Notes: generated by a model from the letters alone, not told the origin. Counted from the first letter of the stretch, positions 36,033 to 48,275 are shown. The stretch: 64,000 nt of DNA from Escherichia coli (GCF_050320075.1 NZ_CP190018.1); one strand, 5' to 3'. Numbers and translations are program-made.

Positions 36033-36407
36033 ATGGCTTCAACTGCACGCTCCCTTCGCTACGCGCTGGCAATCCTGACCACTTCGTTGGTGACACCTTC
36101 CGTCTGGGCACATGCGCATTTAACGCATCAGTATCCTGCGGCAAATGCGCAAGTGACAGCTGCCCCGCAGGCAATCACTTTAAACTTCTCGGAAGGCGTT
36201 GAAACAGGATTCAGTGGTGCAAAAATCACGGGGCCAAAAAACGAAAATATTAAAACATTACCGGCGAAGCGGAATGAGCAGGACCAAAAGCAACTGATTG
36301 TTCCACTGGCCGATTCGCTGAAACCCGGAACCTACACCGTTGACTGGCATGTTGTTTCGGTGGACGGGCATAAAACGAAAGGACACTACACCTTTAGCGT
36401 GAAATAA
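36033..36407 (+). CDS. yobA: CopC-family periplasmic copper-binding protein
   Basis: 124-aa ORF with a signal peptide and the HAHL motif directly after the cleavage site. Confidence 0.85.
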   Translation: MASTARSLRYALAILTTSLVTPSVWAHAHLTHQYPAANAQVTAAPQAITLNFSEGVETGFSGAKITGPKNENIKTLPAKRNEQDQKQLIVPLADSLKPGTYTVDWHVVSVDGHKTKGHYTFSVK

Positions 36408-36410
36408 ATC

Positions 36411-37283
36411 ATGCTGGCGTTTACCTGGATCGCGCTGCGATTTATCCATTTCACCTCGCTGATGCTGGTCTTTGGCTTCGCAATGTACGGTGCCTGGCTG
36501 GCCCCCTTAACGATTCGTCGCTTGCTGACGAAGCGTTTTCTGCGTTTACAACAGCACGCTGCCGTCTGGAGTTTGATCAGTGCCACTGCAATGCTCGCCG
36601 TTCAGGGCGGGTTGATGGGAACGGGATGGACAGATGTATTTTCGCCAAACATTTGGCAGGCTGTTTTGCAAACGCAGTTTGGTGGCGTCTGGTTATGGCA
36701 AATTGTTCTCGCCCTCGTAACGCTGATCGTCGCCCTTATGCAACCGCGGAATATGCCACGTTTGATGTTTATGCTCACTACCGCGCAATTTATTCTGCTG
36801 GCGGGAGTCGGGCATGCGACGCTGAATGAAGGGGTAACGGCGAAAATCCATCAGACTAATCACGCGATTCACCTGATCTGTGCGGCGGCGTGGTTTGGGG
36901 GATTACTGCCGGTGCTCTGGTGTATGCAACTCATCAAAGGTCGTTGGCGACACCAGGCTATTCAGGCGCTGATGCGTTTTTCCTGGTGCGGGCATTTTGC
37001 GGTGATCGGCGTACTGGCAAGCGGCGTGCTTAATGCATTGTTGATTACCGGATTTCCCCCCACGCTTACGACTTACTGGGGCCAACTCTTATTGCTCAAA
37101 GCCATCCTGGTGATGATTATGGTGGTCATCGCGCTGGCTAATCGTTATGTTCTTGTACCGCGCATGAGGCAGGATGAAGATCGTGCGGCACCCTGGTTTG
37201 TGTGGATGACTAAACTCGAATGGGCGATAGGTGCGGTAGTGCTGGTGATCATCAGCCTGCTTGCGACTCTCGAACCTTTTTGA
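36411..37283 (+). CDS. yebZ: CopD-family inner-membrane protein
   Basis: 290-aa polytopic membrane protein immediately downstream of yobA. Confidence 0.85.
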   Translation: MLAFTWIALRFIHFTSLMLVFGFAMYGAWLAPLTIRRLLTKRFLRLQQHAAVWSLISATAMLAVQGGLMGTGWTDVFSPNIWQAVLQTQFGGVWLWQIVLALVTLIVALMQPRNMPRLMFMLTTAQFILLAGVGHATLNEGVTAKIHQTNHAIHLICAAAWFGGLLPVLWCMQLIKGRWRHQAIQALMRFSWCGHFAVIGVLASGVLNALLITGFPPTLTTYWGQLLLLKAILVMIMVVIALANRYVLVPRMRQDEDRAAPWFVWMTKLEWAIGAVVLVIISLLATLEPF

Positions 37284-37295
37284 TGGATTACGAAA

Positions 37296-37637
37296 ATGAT
37301 GAAAAAAAGTATTCTGGCGTTTCTGTTACTCACCAGTTCTGCAGCGGCGCTGGCTGCACCGCAGGTGATTACCGTTAGCCGTTTTGAAGTGGGTAAAGAC
37401 AAATGGGCGTTTAATCGCGAAGAGGTGATGCTGACTTGCCGACCGGGTAATGCTTTGTATGTCATCAACCCAAGTACCCTCGTGCAGTATCCTTTAAACG
37501 ATATCGCACAAAAGGAAGTTGCCAGTGGGAAGACTAAAGCCCAACCCATTTCGGTGATTCAGATTGATGATCCTAACAATCCCGGCGAAAAAATGAGTCT
37601 GGCACCGTTTATAGAACGAGCTGAAAAACTCTGTTAA
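37296..37637 (+). CDS. yebY: DUF2511 protein YebY
   Basis: 113-aa ORF with a signal peptide. Confidence 0.85.
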   Translation: MMKKSILAFLLLTSSAAALAAPQVITVSRFEVGKDKWAFNREEVMLTCRPGNALYVINPSTLVQYPLNDIAQKEVASGKTKAQPISVIQIDDPNNPGEKMSLAPFIERAEKLC

Positions 37638-37667
37638 TTACCTAAAATAGCCTTTTGATTTCCAATA

Positions 37668-37712
37668 AAAAAACCGCCTCAGTTCTTTCACCAGAACGGG
37701 CGGTTTTTAACA
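37668..37712. terminator. bidirectional intrinsic terminator after yebY
   Basis: AAAAACCGCC...GGCGGTTTTT hairpin with flanking A- and T-runs. Confidence 0.55.
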
Positions 37713-37795
37713 TTTAAGCTGATGGCCACCGCGCTTTTTATTGACCATTTTGCACGCAAACTGGAAAACCTGGCGTCGTCATCTATTCTTAAAGG

Positions 37796-37898
37796 GCAAG
37801 GCAACTAAGCCTGCATTAATGCCAACTTTTAGCGCACGGCTCTCTCCCAAGAGCCATTTCCCTGGACCGAATACAGGAATCGTGTTCGGTCTCTTTTT
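37796..37898 (+). ncRNA. sdsR: small RNA SdsR (RyeB); the antisense sRNA RyeA (SraC) is expected to overlap on the - strand
   Basis: GCAAGGCAACTAAGCCTGCATTAATGCCAACTTTTAGCGCACGGCTCTCTCCCAAGAGCC...CGAATACAGGAATCGTGTTCGGTCTCTTTTT matches the recalled SdsR sequence, including its terminator hairpin and U-tail; located between yebY and pphA as expected. Confidence 0.7.
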
Positions 37899-38032
37899 AT
37901 CTGTTAAAAGCCAGAAGCATTCCCTTCGCTGACTTTATAGTCAACCATAACACACACTCTACTGTCTGAGTCCAGCGTTTTTTAACATTCTTGTTAAGAT
38001 TATGTGATCTTTAGCGCGGGAGGAAAATATTG

Positions 38033-38689
38033 ATGAAACAGCCTGCGCCCGTTTATCAGAGAATTGCGGGTCATCAATGGCGACATATCTGGCTTTCAGG
38101 CGATATACACGGTTGTCTTGAGCAGTTGCGCCGCAAATTATGGCATTGTGGTTTTGATCCGTGGCGAGATTTACTTATCTCAGTGGGAGACGTTATCGAT
38201 CGTGGGCCGCAAAGTTTACGTTGCCTGCAGTTACTGGAACAACATTGGGTTCGTGCGGTAAGAGGCAATCATGAACAGATGGCGATGGATGCGCTGGCAT
38301 CCCAGCAGATGTCTTTATGGTTGATGAATGGCGGCGACTGGTTTATTGCGCTGGCAGATAATCAACAGAAACAAGCGAAAACGGCGCTGGAAAAATGTCA
38401 GCATTTGCCCTTTATTCTTGAAGTACACAGTCGCACCGGCAAGCATATTATTGCTCATGCCGATTATCCAGATGATGTTTATGAATGGCAAAAGGACGTC
38501 GATTTGCATCAGGTCTTGTGGAGCCGCTCGCGATTAAGTGAACGCCAAAAAGTGCAGGGAATTACAGGTGCTGATCATTTCTGGTTTGGTCATACACCGT
38601 TGCGCCATCGCGTGGATATTGGCAACCTGCATTATATTGATACAGGTGTTGTCTTTGGGGGCGAACTGACTGTTGTGCAATTGCAATAA
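38033..38689 (+). CDS. pphA: serine/threonine protein phosphatase 1
   Basis: Metallophosphatase motifs GDIHGC and GDVIDRG...GNHE. Confidence 0.9.
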   Translation: MKQPAPVYQRIAGHQWRHIWLSGDIHGCLEQLRRKLWHCGFDPWRDLLISVGDVIDRGPQSLRCLQLLEQHWVRAVRGNHEQMAMDALASQQMSLWLMNGGDWFIALADNQQKQAKTALEKCQHLPFILEVHSRTGKHIIAHADYPDDVYEWQKDVDLHQVLWSRSRLSERQKVQGITGADHFWFGHTPLRHRVDIGNLHYIDTGVVFGGELTVVQLQ

Positions 38690-38881
38690 TTAAAAATCAC
38701 CGTACTCCTGTGCAGGTCGCCAGAAACCATCTATAAAATCCTCAATCGGAAAACAACCGCCATGGCGGATCCGTTGATCGCTCATAGAATAAAGACACTG
38801 CTGTTCCGTGTTGTAGACATCCACAACAATATCTTCACAACCGCCATCCAGGTAGCAAACAAAAAGTACCAGCGCGAACAT
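38690..38881 (-). CDS. yebW: small protein YebW
   Basis: ORF-track ORF trimmed to the internal Met (MFALVLFVCYLDGG...), giving 63 aa. Confidence 0.5.
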   Translation of the reverse strand: MFALVLFVCYLDGGCEDIVVDVYNTEQQCLYSMSDQRIRHGGCFPIEDFIDGFWRPAQEYGDF

Positions 38882-38985
38882 TTCATCCCCGAAGTGTGGT
38901 GCCGTACCGTTAAGTTTAGGAGAGATTTTACAACGGGGGAATAACCAGGACAAATAACCCGCCATGCCGACGGGTTCTTTTTGGA

Positions 38986-39222
38986 TTAGGCAAGACGCAT
39001 AATCCAGGCATCAGATTGTTGATCGTAACGGGTACGGTAAAGGACAGAGTGTTCGCCATTTAGCAGGGCAGGGATACTGGTTTCAGCATCCCAGGCATCC
39101 AGTTGCATACATAAATCGGGGTCAGATTTACAAGGAATGGTTAACGTTCGATCACCCGGCGATTCGCCGTGTAATTCGCCGTCGTCGATTTCAAAAGCGC
39201 CTATGCGCACACTGGTTTTCAT
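38986..39222 (-). CDS. yebV: small protein YebV
   Basis: MKTSVRIGAFEIDDGELHGESPGDRTL..., 78 aa after trimming. Confidence 0.7.
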   Translation of the reverse strand: MKTSVRIGAFEIDDGELHGESPGDRTLTIPCKSDPDLCMQLDAWDAETSIPALLNGEHSVLYRTRYDQQSDAWIMRLA

Positions 39223-39339
39223 CTTCGTGCTCTCCATTTAGCTGCCGATTGTGGTACGACCAGTCCGATCGCACCATTTTTCAGCCTAGTTGAGGCAGCC
39301 GAATGTGCCAGTCAAAAAGTGCGCTTTTTTTGTGCGCTG

Positions 39340-40779
39340 TCAGGCGTTACCGGTAAAAAGTTTCCCATCGCGCACCAGTTCACGCGGGTAGCTGTTTTTC
39401 AGTCGCGAACCAATTCGTTTGGCTAAACCAATCGGCTGATGCTGGAAAGTAACCAATACATCATCCGCTACTGGCGCGGCTTGCGGGTAAACATCGCGCC
39501 CGCGATACCACTCCTCCGCTTCCTGCGCCGTTAGTTCAAAAGCGTTCACATTGTCGGGTGAGGCAAGGGCAATAACCGCTTCATGCTGCCAGCGATAACC
39601 TTTGTTATGCGTTTCGGCAAGTTTAATCCCCAGGCGAGAAAATCGGACTTTACCGATCAGGGCTTCAATGCCCACCGGGAACAACCACAGTTCTTTGTCA
39701 CGCTGCCAGAGGCGCAGGTTTTCATCCCAGTTTAAGCCAACACCTGCAGCCGCCTGACGAATTTGTCCAGCTTCGCGATCTTTCACCGGGCTAAACGGGA
39801 AATTGCCCACTTTGTATTTTGGGGCGGGTAAGACGGGGATCGCCTGAGTTTTACGCAGACGAGCAACGAAGAAGCCTTCGCAGTCGTAAATTTGTGGGAA
39901 AACATGCAAAAAGCCTTCTTCGGTCAGCGCCTTATTTGCACCAGGGAAGAGATCGCCAAGCGGTAAAAACTCTACTGCATCGGGGTAAGTCTCTTTAAGC
40001 CACCGGCAGACGGCTTCATTTTCTTCCTGGTTTAAGGTACAGGTCGAGTAAACCAGCGTACCGCCAGGGCGTAATGCATGAAAGGCGCTGTCGATCAGTT
40101 CCCGTTGGGTAGCTGCGATTTCCTGATTGCTTTCTGGTGACCAGTTTTTTAGCGCATCGGGATCTTTACGCACCACGCCTTCGCCGGAGCAGGGAGCGTC
40201 CAGCAAAATGGCATCGAACATTTCTGGCACTGCCGCACCAAATACACGGCCATCAAAATGCGTGAGCGCAACATTACGGATGCCACAGCGGCTGATATTG
40301 GCATGTAACACTTTTACCCGACTGGCGGAAAACTCATTGGCAAGGATAGCCCCTTCGTTATTCATCCGCGCGGCAATTTGCGTCGTTTTGGAGCCTGGCG
40401 CAGCAGCGACATCCATCACCCGCTGTGGTGCATTACCGTCAGCAAACAAGGCGGCAACGGGCAACATTGAACTGGCTTCCTGAATATAAAACAGGCCGCT
40501 TAAATGCTCGGCGGTACTACCCAATGGCAATGCATCTTCATCGTCGCGTTCAATCCAGAAACCTTCTTCACACCACGGAATTGGCGTAAGCGTCCAGCCA
40601 TAAGAGGCGGTTAATTGCAGGAAATCAGCAACGGAGATTTTCAGCGTATTAACGCGAATGCTGCGGCGCAACGGGCGCTGACAGGCGGCAAGAAAATCAT
40701 CAAAAGAGAGCGTCGAAGGCATCGCTTCGCGCATTTGCGTCAGAAAGGCGTCCGGGAAATAAACGGTGTGTTGGGCCAC
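39340..40779 (-). CDS. rsmF: 16S rRNA m5C1407 methyltransferase
   Basis: NOL1/NOP2/Sun-family SAM-dependent methyltransferase with the DAPCSGEG motif; about 479 aa with a GTG start. Confidence 0.9.
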   Translation of the reverse strand: MAQHTVYFPDAFLTQMREAMPSTLSFDDFLAACQRPLRRSIRVNTLKISVADFLQLTASYGWTLTPIPWCEEGFWIERDDEDALPLGSTAEHLSGLFYIQEASSMLPVAALFADGNAPQRVMDVAAAPGSKTTQIAARMNNEGAILANEFSASRVKVLHANISRCGIRNVALTHFDGRVFGAAVPEMFDAILLDAPCSGEGVVRKDPDALKNWSPESNQEIAATQRELIDSAFHALRPGGTLVYSTCTLNQEENEAVCRWLKETYPDAVEFLPLGDLFPGANKALTEEGFLHVFPQIYDCEGFFVARLRKTQAIPVLPAPKYKVGNFPFSPVKDREAGQIRQAAAGVGLNWDENLRLWQRDKELWLFPVGIEALIGKVRFSRLGIKLAETHNKGYRWQHEAVIALASPDNVNAFELTAQEAEEWYRGRDVYPQAAPVADDVLVTFQHQPIGLAKRIGSRLKNSYPRELVRDGKLFTGNA

Positions 40780-40858
40780 GAGCATATACCACTGGCAAAA
40801 AAACAGGCGCGCAGTTTAGCATAAACGCTCCGGCGCAGGCACGCCGGAGCAGTGGGCA

Positions 40859-43492
40859 TTATTTGGGAAGCGCAGTACCCCATTCACGCCACTCTTTCGG
40901 TTCACTTTCCTGCAACAGGAAGTGCTTGCCTTCCTGGGCTTTCGGTGCCAGTGGCGTACCTGGAGGCGTGGCGAAGGCGATGCCGCCACGGATAAACTGG
41001 TTAAAGGTGCCGGTTTTCACTACGCCGCCCGTCAGACCAAAGTCCAGACTGTAACCCGATGCCAACCAGAAGACGGAATTGTTACGCACCAGGTGTTGAT
41101 AGCGTTTACTGATGCGCATCGCAATCATCACGCGATCTGACAATGTCCCCAGCGTCATTCCGGTAACCGTACCGACTTCCAGACCACGGAACAGCACAGG
41201 CGTACCGATGCCTAACGAACCGGCTTCCGGCGCTTCAACAATAATGCTTAAGCCATCCAGGTAACGCGAATCAGTTATGGTGGCCTCTTGTAATTCAAAG
41301 TCGCGGCGAGGATTGCCCCGGCCTGGTTCGACGTTGATATACGGCTGGAGGATAGTATCAAGATGCTCAACGCCAGCTGCCGAAATTTGCGGTGTGACCA
41401 CTGAGAAGCGTGTACCACCGCGAGCAAAGGTCTGAACATATTCCGGATAGAGCACCGCCTTTGCCTGTACTTCATTGCGCGCGGTAATCAGATCCAGCGT
41501 CTGGATTTGCCCGATATCAATACCGAGATAGCGAATTGGCATCCCGACCGCCAGTTTTCCGGCATCGAAAGCGTGAAGCGTAATCTGCCCGCCAACCGCA
41601 CGGGCCGCTGTTTCGGAAGCATACAGAATACGCTTGTCGCCTTTACGCTGACTGGCGCTGGCACCGCTGAGGTTATCGAAGCTAATAGCCCCCTTTAATG
41701 CTCTGGAGAGCGGGGATGCCTGTACAGTCAGACCACTACCATTCAGCTGAACTTTCGCCCCACCTTCTGCCCAGAACACGCTGTTGCTGGTCAGAAGGTT
41801 GCGATACTCCGGCTTAATATGCAGATCGATATCAAACGCGTTAGCTCGCGGACGCACGGTAATAACTTCACCAACTTCAAATTTACGGTACAGCACTACC
41901 GATCCTGCCTGCACATCCGGCAGCGTCTCTGCACTCAAACTCACGGTTGTGGTGGGTAAATCGCTAAGGCTGTTCTCCAGCGCTTTTTCCAGATTGGCAT
42001 ACAGTGGATAGCTGGCTTTCATCTCGCCTTTATCGCCTGGCAGAATACGTATCCCGCCGTTAATCCATTCTGAGGCGCTGGCACCAAGAAACTCAACGCC
42101 ATCCAGCCCCACCTTCACGTCGACACGGCTGTTGACGACAAATTTGCTATCGCCTTTTACCAGTTCGCGATGCTGAGGCTCGATAGCGACGGTAAAGGTG
42201 ACGCCTTTGCTGGTGAGTTTACGATCAATAACCTGGCCTACCTGCACGCCGTGAAGAATGAGCGGCTGACCAGCATCAATGCCGTAACTTTCTGGTGCTG
42301 TCAGGGTCAGTGTCAGAACATCCGGCTCTTGTAGCAGGGCTTTTTCACCTGGCACAACAACGAACTCTTTGCGTGGCTCGCCATCGCCGGGCACCAACTC
42401 AAAGGTTTTTCCGGTCAGCAGGGCGCTGAGATTGGCATCGCTAAGGGATAATTTCGGGTTGCGTAATTCGATGCGGGTATTTTCACGAAGCAGGGTGACG
42501 ACGCTGGGATCAACGGTCATTTCCCCAGTGACTTTACCACCAGGATTTAAATCCAGTTTAGTCAGCTGTCCGACTTCCAGCCCCTGATACATTAACGGCG
42601 TCGAGTCGGCGGTTAATCCGGCCCCACTCGGCAGTTCCAGTTTTATTATTACGCCACGCTGGCTGTGGGCGAGATCTTCATACAGACCAAAGGTATCTTC
42701 CGCCTCGGCAGGTTTCGACTCTTCTGGTGAATCGAAGGCAATCGCACCGTTAACCAGTGCCGCCAGACTTTCCAGTTTCACCTTCGCGCCACTGATACTG
42801 ACGTTGGCATCAACGCCGGAAACGTTCCAGAAACGGCTACCTTTTTTCACCAGATCGGTAAAACGCCGCTCGATCAGGACATCAATCACCACGCCTTGCT
42901 TATTGGGATTGATGGCATAGTCGTAGACTTTACCCACCGGGATCTTACGGAAATAGACCAATGAACCACTGTTCAGTGAACCGAGATCGGGGGCTTGCAG
43001 GTGGATCATCAGATCGCCATTATCCAGCCGATACTTCGGTTGGGTATCGAGTGCGACAAAGTGATCCTGCTCTTTACCTTTACCTGGCATCATGCCGATA
43101 TAGTTACCACCGACGAGGGCATCCAGCCCGGAGACACCTGCCAGCGAGGCCTTTGGCGTCACCAGCCAGAACTGTGTCTCTTCGCGCAGCGCATCTTTCA
43201 TATCAGACTTGATGCTGACCTTGACTTCAATCTTACGAAGATCGTCGCTCAGGCTGATATCCTGCACAGTTCCGACTTCAACGCCCTGATAACGAACAGG
43301 GGTGCGGCCCGGGACAATACCATCCGCCGACATAAAGTCGATGGTGACGGTATTACCCCGGTCCTGATAACTGTCCCAAATCAGCCAACCAGCAATCATT
43401 AGCGCGATGAACGGCAGCAGCCAGAAAGGTGAGATACGGCGTTTATTTTTAATCTGCGCTTCAGTCGTCGAAGCGGGCGTTTCCTGACTCAT
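40859..43492 (-). CDS. letB: lipophilic envelope-spanning tunnel protein LetB (multi-MCE-domain)
   Basis: About 877 aa with an N-terminal TM helix and repeated MCE domains; ORF trimmed to [10 protein letters not shown]. Confidence 0.9.
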
Positions 43493-44744
43493 GTGCATCC
43501 CAAAGTAAGCGGCTGTCCAGCCATTCCACAGCAAGAATAGTCAAAATTACCGCTGCGCCGAAATAAAACGCAGCCGGTCCCATAGTAAAAGCGAGGATCT
43601 GATCGCGATTAATCAGCGACATGGTTAAAGATATGACAAACAGGTCGAGCATCGACCAGCGACCAATCCAGGTCACCATCCGCAGTAACAGAATGCGTGT
43701 GCGTAAACCTTGCTGGCATTTAAAATGAATACTCAACAGTAAAGTGAACATGACGATCACTTTAGTAAACGGTACCAGAATACTGGCGATAAACACGATT
43801 CCCGCAACGGCAATGTTGCTACTTGCCAGCGACATAATTCCGGAAAGAATTGTATCTTCCTGCCGTCCTCCGTTCAGATAAATGATAGAAATAGGCAACA
43901 GGTTGGCAGGTAACAACAAAACGATTGACGCTAACAGCGCCGCCCAGCATTTTTGCAGACTATGACGGCGACGCAGGCGTAGCGGGATATGGCAACGCGG
44001 GCAGCGACCACGCTGATCAGGATAGCCGGTAAAATGGCACCCAAGACAGACACGGAGTTTCTCGTCCCTACGCGTAGCGGGGCGCTGCGGATAAAATCGC
44101 TCCCACAGTTCTTCGACATTAAGATGTGACAACGTCACCGTCGTTAAAATCACCAACGCCACAAAAGAGAACAAGCCGACACCCGCCTGGATATGGGCAT
44201 AATCCTGTACCTTTATAGAAGCAACGCCAATGCCGACCAGGTAGATATCCAGCATTACCCACTCTTTAAGTCGTTCAAGCATCAGCAGTACCGGACGTAA
44301 ATTCATTCCCAGTCGGTTACCAAACCATAAATAAGCTATGGAGGTCACCAGAATGAGGGGGGCACCGATAACGCAGAAAAAGACCATCGACCCCGTTATC
44401 GCATCGCCCTGTTTGGTCATTTGCCAGATGCCTTGCATAACGTTGGCGTCAATACGAATGCCTAACAGCCAGATATGCAACAGCGGTTCGCCCCAGGCAA
44501 ACGGCATAAGCAACAGCATGGTGAAGGCCATTGCCGCCAGGCGCGTTAGCGACCAGTCGCGCCCGTCACGAATTTTTGCCTGACAGCGCGGACAATAGGC
44601 ACTTTGATGAGAATTTATCTCGGGCAGGCTAAATAGCATGTCACATTGCGGGCAACGTTGGTAATCACCACGCGGCAGTTCCTCACCGATAGCCCTCACT
44701 GTTATCTTTTTTGTCGGCGTAATTTGTGGTGTGTTAAGAGCCAT
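43461..44744 (-). CDS. letA: PqiA-like inner-membrane protein LetA
   Basis: 427 aa with paired zinc-ribbon-like Cys motifs and multiple TM segments; overlaps the letB start. Confidence 0.9.
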
Positions 44745-44873
44745 GACGTGCCAAATGTAATAAGAATTAACATTAATCTTAACCCATGATGGGAATGATC
44801 TTGAGCATTAACGCATTTAATGCTTATTTTAATAGGCTGGCAGTTCCTGGTAAGACAACCAAGTGATTATATA

Positions 44874-45371
44874 ATGAACAAAACAGAATTTTACGCGGAT
44901 TTAAATCGCGACTTTAACGCGCTGATGGCAGGAGAAACCAGTTTTCTGGCAACGCTTGCGAACACCAGTGCGTTGTTATATGAGCGTCTCACTGACGTAA
45001 ACTGGGCAGGTTTTTATTTGCTTGAGGACGATACACTGGTGCTCGGACCATTTCAGGGCAAAATTGCCTGTGTCCGGATACCCGTCGGGCGCGGCGTGTG
45101 CGGCACTGCGGTTGCCCGCAATCAAGTGCAGCGTATCGAGGATGTTCATGCGTTTGACGGGCATATTGCCTGTGATGCGACGAGTAATTCTGAAATTGTT
45201 CTGCCGCTGGTGGTGAAAAATCAGATTATTGGTGTTCTCGACATCGACAGTACCGTCTTCGGTCGCTTTACAGACGAGGACGAGCAAGGCTTACGTCAGC
45301 TTGTGGCACAGCTTGAAAAGGTGCTTGCAACGACGGATTACAAAAAATTCTTTGCGAGCGTCGCAGGATAA
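44874..45371 (+). CDS. msrC: free methionine-(R)-sulfoxide reductase (GAF domain)
   Basis: MNKTEFYADLNRDFNALMAGETSF; trimmed to 165 aa. Confidence 0.85.
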   Translation: MNKTEFYADLNRDFNALMAGETSFLATLANTSALLYERLTDVNWAGFYLLEDDTLVLGPFQGKIACVRIPVGRGVCGTAVARNQVQRIEDVHAFDGHIACDATSNSEIVLPLVVKNQIIGVLDIDSTVFGRFTDEDEQGLRQLVAQLEKVLATTDYKKFFASVAG

Positions 45372-45467
45372 TCAACGGATAACGTAGCATTTACTGATAG
45401 CGTCATTATAATGACGCCTGTTCATGCCTGCGCTTGTTGGCTACGTCCGTTGTAATCAGGAAATTTC

Positions 45468-46166
45468 ATGGAAAATCAACCTAAGTTGAATAGCAGTAAA
45501 GAAGTAATCGCGTTTCTGGCCGAACGTTTTCCCCACTGTTTCAGTGCGGAAGGTGAAGCGCGTCCGCTGAAAATCGGTATTTTTCAGGATTTGGTCGATC
45601 GTGTTGCCGGGGAAATGAACCTGAGCAAAACGCAATTACGATCCGCTTTACGTCTCTACACTTCGAGCTGGCGTTATCTTTACGGTGTTAAACCCGGCGC
45701 AACGCGTGTCGATCTTGACGGCAACCCATGCGGTGAGCTGGACGAGCAACATGTAGAGCATGCTCGCAAGCAGCTTGAAGAAGCGAAAGCGCGTGTTCAG
45801 GCACAGCGTGCTGAACAGCAAGCGAAAAAACGCGAAGCTGCCGCAGCTGTTGGTGAGAAAGAAGACGCACCGCGACGCGAACGCAAGCCACGTCCGACCA
45901 CGCCACGCCGCAAAGAAGGCGCTGAACGTAAACCTCGTGCGCAAAAGCCGGTAGAGAAAGCGCCAAAAACAGTAAAAGCACCTCGCGAAGAACAGCACAC
46001 CCCGGTTTCTGACATTTCAGCTCTGACTGTCGGACAAGCCCTGAAGGTGAAAGCGGGTCAAAACGCGATGGATGCCACCGTATTAGAAATCACCAAAGAC
46101 GGCGTCCGCGTCCAGCTGAATTCGGGTATGTCTTTGATTGTGCGCGCAGAACACCTGGTGTTCTGA
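45468..46166 (+). CDS. proQ: RNA chaperone ProQ
   Basis: 232-aa ORF with a FinO-like N-terminal domain and a lysine/alanine-rich linker. Confidence 0.9.
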   Translation: MENQPKLNSSKEVIAFLAERFPHCFSAEGEARPLKIGIFQDLVDRVAGEMNLSKTQLRSALRLYTSSWRYLYGVKPGATRVDLDGNPCGELDEQHVEHARKQLEEAKARVQAQRAEQQAKKREAAAAVGEKEDAPRRERKPRPTTPRRKEGAERKPRAQKPVEKAPKTVKAPREEQHTPVSDISALTVGQALKVKAGQNAMDATVLEITKDGVRVQLNSGMSLIVRAEHLVF

Positions 46167-46185
46167 AACGGAGGCCGGGCCAGGC

Positions 46186-48234
46186 ATGAACATGTTTTTT
46201 AGGCTTACCGCGTTAGCTGGCCTGCTTGCAATAGCAGGCCAGACCTTCGCTGTAGAAGATATCACGCGTGCTGATCAAATTCCGGTATTAAAGGAAGAGA
46301 CGCAGCATGCGACGGTGAGTGAGCGCGTAACGTCGCGCTTCACCCGTTCTCATTATCGCCAGTTCGACCTCGATCAGGCATTTTCGGCCAAAATCTTTGA
46401 CCGCTATCTGAATCTGCTCGATTACAGCCACAACGTGCTGCTGGCAAGCGATGTTGAACAGTTCGCGAAAAAGAAAACCGAGTTAGGCGATGAACTGCGT
46501 TCAGGCAAACTCGACGTTTTCTACGATCTCTACAATCTGGCGCAAAAGCGTCGTTTTGAACGTTACCAGTACGCTTTGTCGGTACTGGAAAAGCCGATGG
46601 ATTTCACCGGTAACGACACTTATAACCTTGACCGCAGCAAAGCGCCCTGGCCGAAAAACGAGGCTGAGTTGAACGCGCTGTGGGACAGTAAAGTCAAATT
46701 CGACGAGTTAAGCCTGAAGCTGGCAGGAAAAACGGATAAAGAAATTCGTGAAACCCTGACTCGCCGCTACAAATTTGCCATTCGTCGTCTGGCGCAAACC
46801 AACAGCGAAGATGTTTTCTCGCTGGCAATGACGGCGTTTGCGCGTGAAATCGACCCGCATACCAACTATCTTTCCCCGCGTAATACCGAACAGTTCAACA
46901 CTGAAATGAGTTTGTCGCTGGAAGGTATTGGCGCAGTTCTGCAAATGGATGATGACTACACCGTTATCAATTCGATGGTGGCAGGTGGTCCGGCAGCGAA
47001 GAGTAAAGCTATCAGCGTTGGTGACAAAATTGTCGGTGTTGGTCAAACAGGCAAGCCGATGGTTGACGTGATTGGCTGGCGTCTTGATGATGTGGTTGCC
47101 TTAATTAAAGGGCCGAAGGGCAGTAAAGTTCGTCTGGAAATTTTACCTGCTGGTAAAGGGACCAAGACCCGTACTGTAACGTTGACCCGTGAACGTATTC
47201 GCCTCGAAGACCGTGCGGTTAAAATGTCGGTGAAGACCGTCGGTAAAGAGAAAGTCGGCGTTCTGGATATTCCAGGTTTCTATGTGGGTTTGACAGACGA
47301 TGTCAAAGTGCAGTTGCAGAAACTGGAAAAACAGAATGTCAGCAGTGTCATCATCGACCTGCGTAGCAATGGCGGTGGGGCGTTGACCGAAGCGGTATCG
47401 CTCTCCGGTCTGTTCATTCCATCCGGTCCGATTGTTCAGGTCCGTGATAACAACGGTAAAGTTCGTGAAGACAGCGATACCGATGGGCAGGTTTTCTATA
47501 AAGGCCCGCTGGTGGTGCTGGTTGACCGCTTCAGTGCTTCGGCTTCAGAAATCTTTGCCGCGGCAATGCAGGATTACGGTCGTGCGCTGGTTGTGGGTGA
47601 ACCGACGTTTGGTAAAGGCACCGTTCAGCAATACCGTTCATTGAACCGTATTTACGATCAGATGTTACGTCCTGAATGGCCAGCGCTGGGTTCTGTGCAG
47701 TACACGATCCAGAAATTCTATCGCGTTAACGGCGGCAGTACGCAACGTAAAGGCGTAACGCCAGACATCATCATGCCGACGGGTAATGAAGAAACGGAAA
47801 CTGGTGAGAAATTCGAAGATAACGCGCTGCCGTGGGATAGCATCGATGCCGCGACCTATGTGAAATCAGGCGATTTAACGGCCTTTGGACCGGAGCTGCT
47901 GAAGGAACATAATGCGCGTATCGCGAAAGATCCTGAGTTCCAGAACATCATGAAGGATATCGCGCGCTTCAACGCCATGAAGGACAAGCGCAATATCGTT
48001 TCTCTGAATTACGCTGTGCGTGAGAAAGAGAATAATGAAGATGATGCGACGCGTCTGGCGCGTTTGAACGAACGTTTTAAACGCGAAGGTAAACCGGAGT
48101 TGAAGAAACTGGATGATCTACCGAAAGATTACCAGGAGCCGGATCCTTATCTGGATGAGACGGTGAATATCGCACTCGATCTGGCGAAGCTTGAAAAAGC
48201 CAGACCCGCGGAACAACCCGCTCCCGTCAAGTAA
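46186..48234 (+). CDS. prc: tail-specific protease (C-terminal processing protease)
   Basis: About 682 aa with a signal peptide, a PDZ domain and an S41 peptidase domain. Confidence 0.9.
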   Translation: MNMFFRLTALAGLLAIAGQTFAVEDITRADQIPVLKEETQHATVSERVTSRFTRSHYRQFDLDQAFSAKIFDRYLNLLDYSHNVLLASDVEQFAKKKTELGDELRSGKLDVFYDLYNLAQKRRFERYQYALSVLEKPMDFTGNDTYNLDRSKAPWPKNEAELNALWDSKVKFDELSLKLAGKTDKEIRETLTRRYKFAIRRLAQTNSEDVFSLAMTAFAREIDPHTNYLSPRNTEQFNTEMSLSLEGIGAVLQMDDDYTVINSMVAGGPAAKSKAISVGDKIVGVGQTGKPMVDVIGWRLDDVVALIKGPKGSKVRLEILPAGKGTKTRTVTLTRERIRLEDRAVKMSVKTVGKEKVGVLDIPGFYVGLTDDVKVQLQKLEKQNVSSVIIDLRSNGGGALTEAVSLSGLFIPSGPIVQVRDNNGKVREDSDTDGQVFYKGPLVVLVDRFSASASEIFAAAMQDYGRALVVGEPTFGKGTVQQYRSLNRIYDQMLRPEWPALGSVQYTIQKFYRVNGGSTQRKGVTPDIIMPTGNEETETGEKFEDNALPWDSIDAATYVKSGDLTAFGPELLKEHNARIAKDPEFQNIMKDIARFNAMKDKRNIVSLNYAVREKENNEDDATRLARLNERFKREGKPELKKLDDLPKDYQEPDPYLDETVNIALDLAKLEKARPAEQPAPVK

Positions 48235-48239
48235 TATCA

Positions 48240-48275
48240 ATCAGGCACAAGAAATTGTGCCTGATTTTTTAACAG
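48240..48275 (+). terminator. rho-independent terminator after prc
   Basis: AATCAGGCACAA-GAAA-TTGTGCCTGATT followed by TTTTT. Confidence 0.6.

Noticed and set aside
37741-37932. 63-aa + strand ORF between yebY and pphA
   Set aside because: Coincides with the SdsR small RNA and its terminator; the open frame is incidental.
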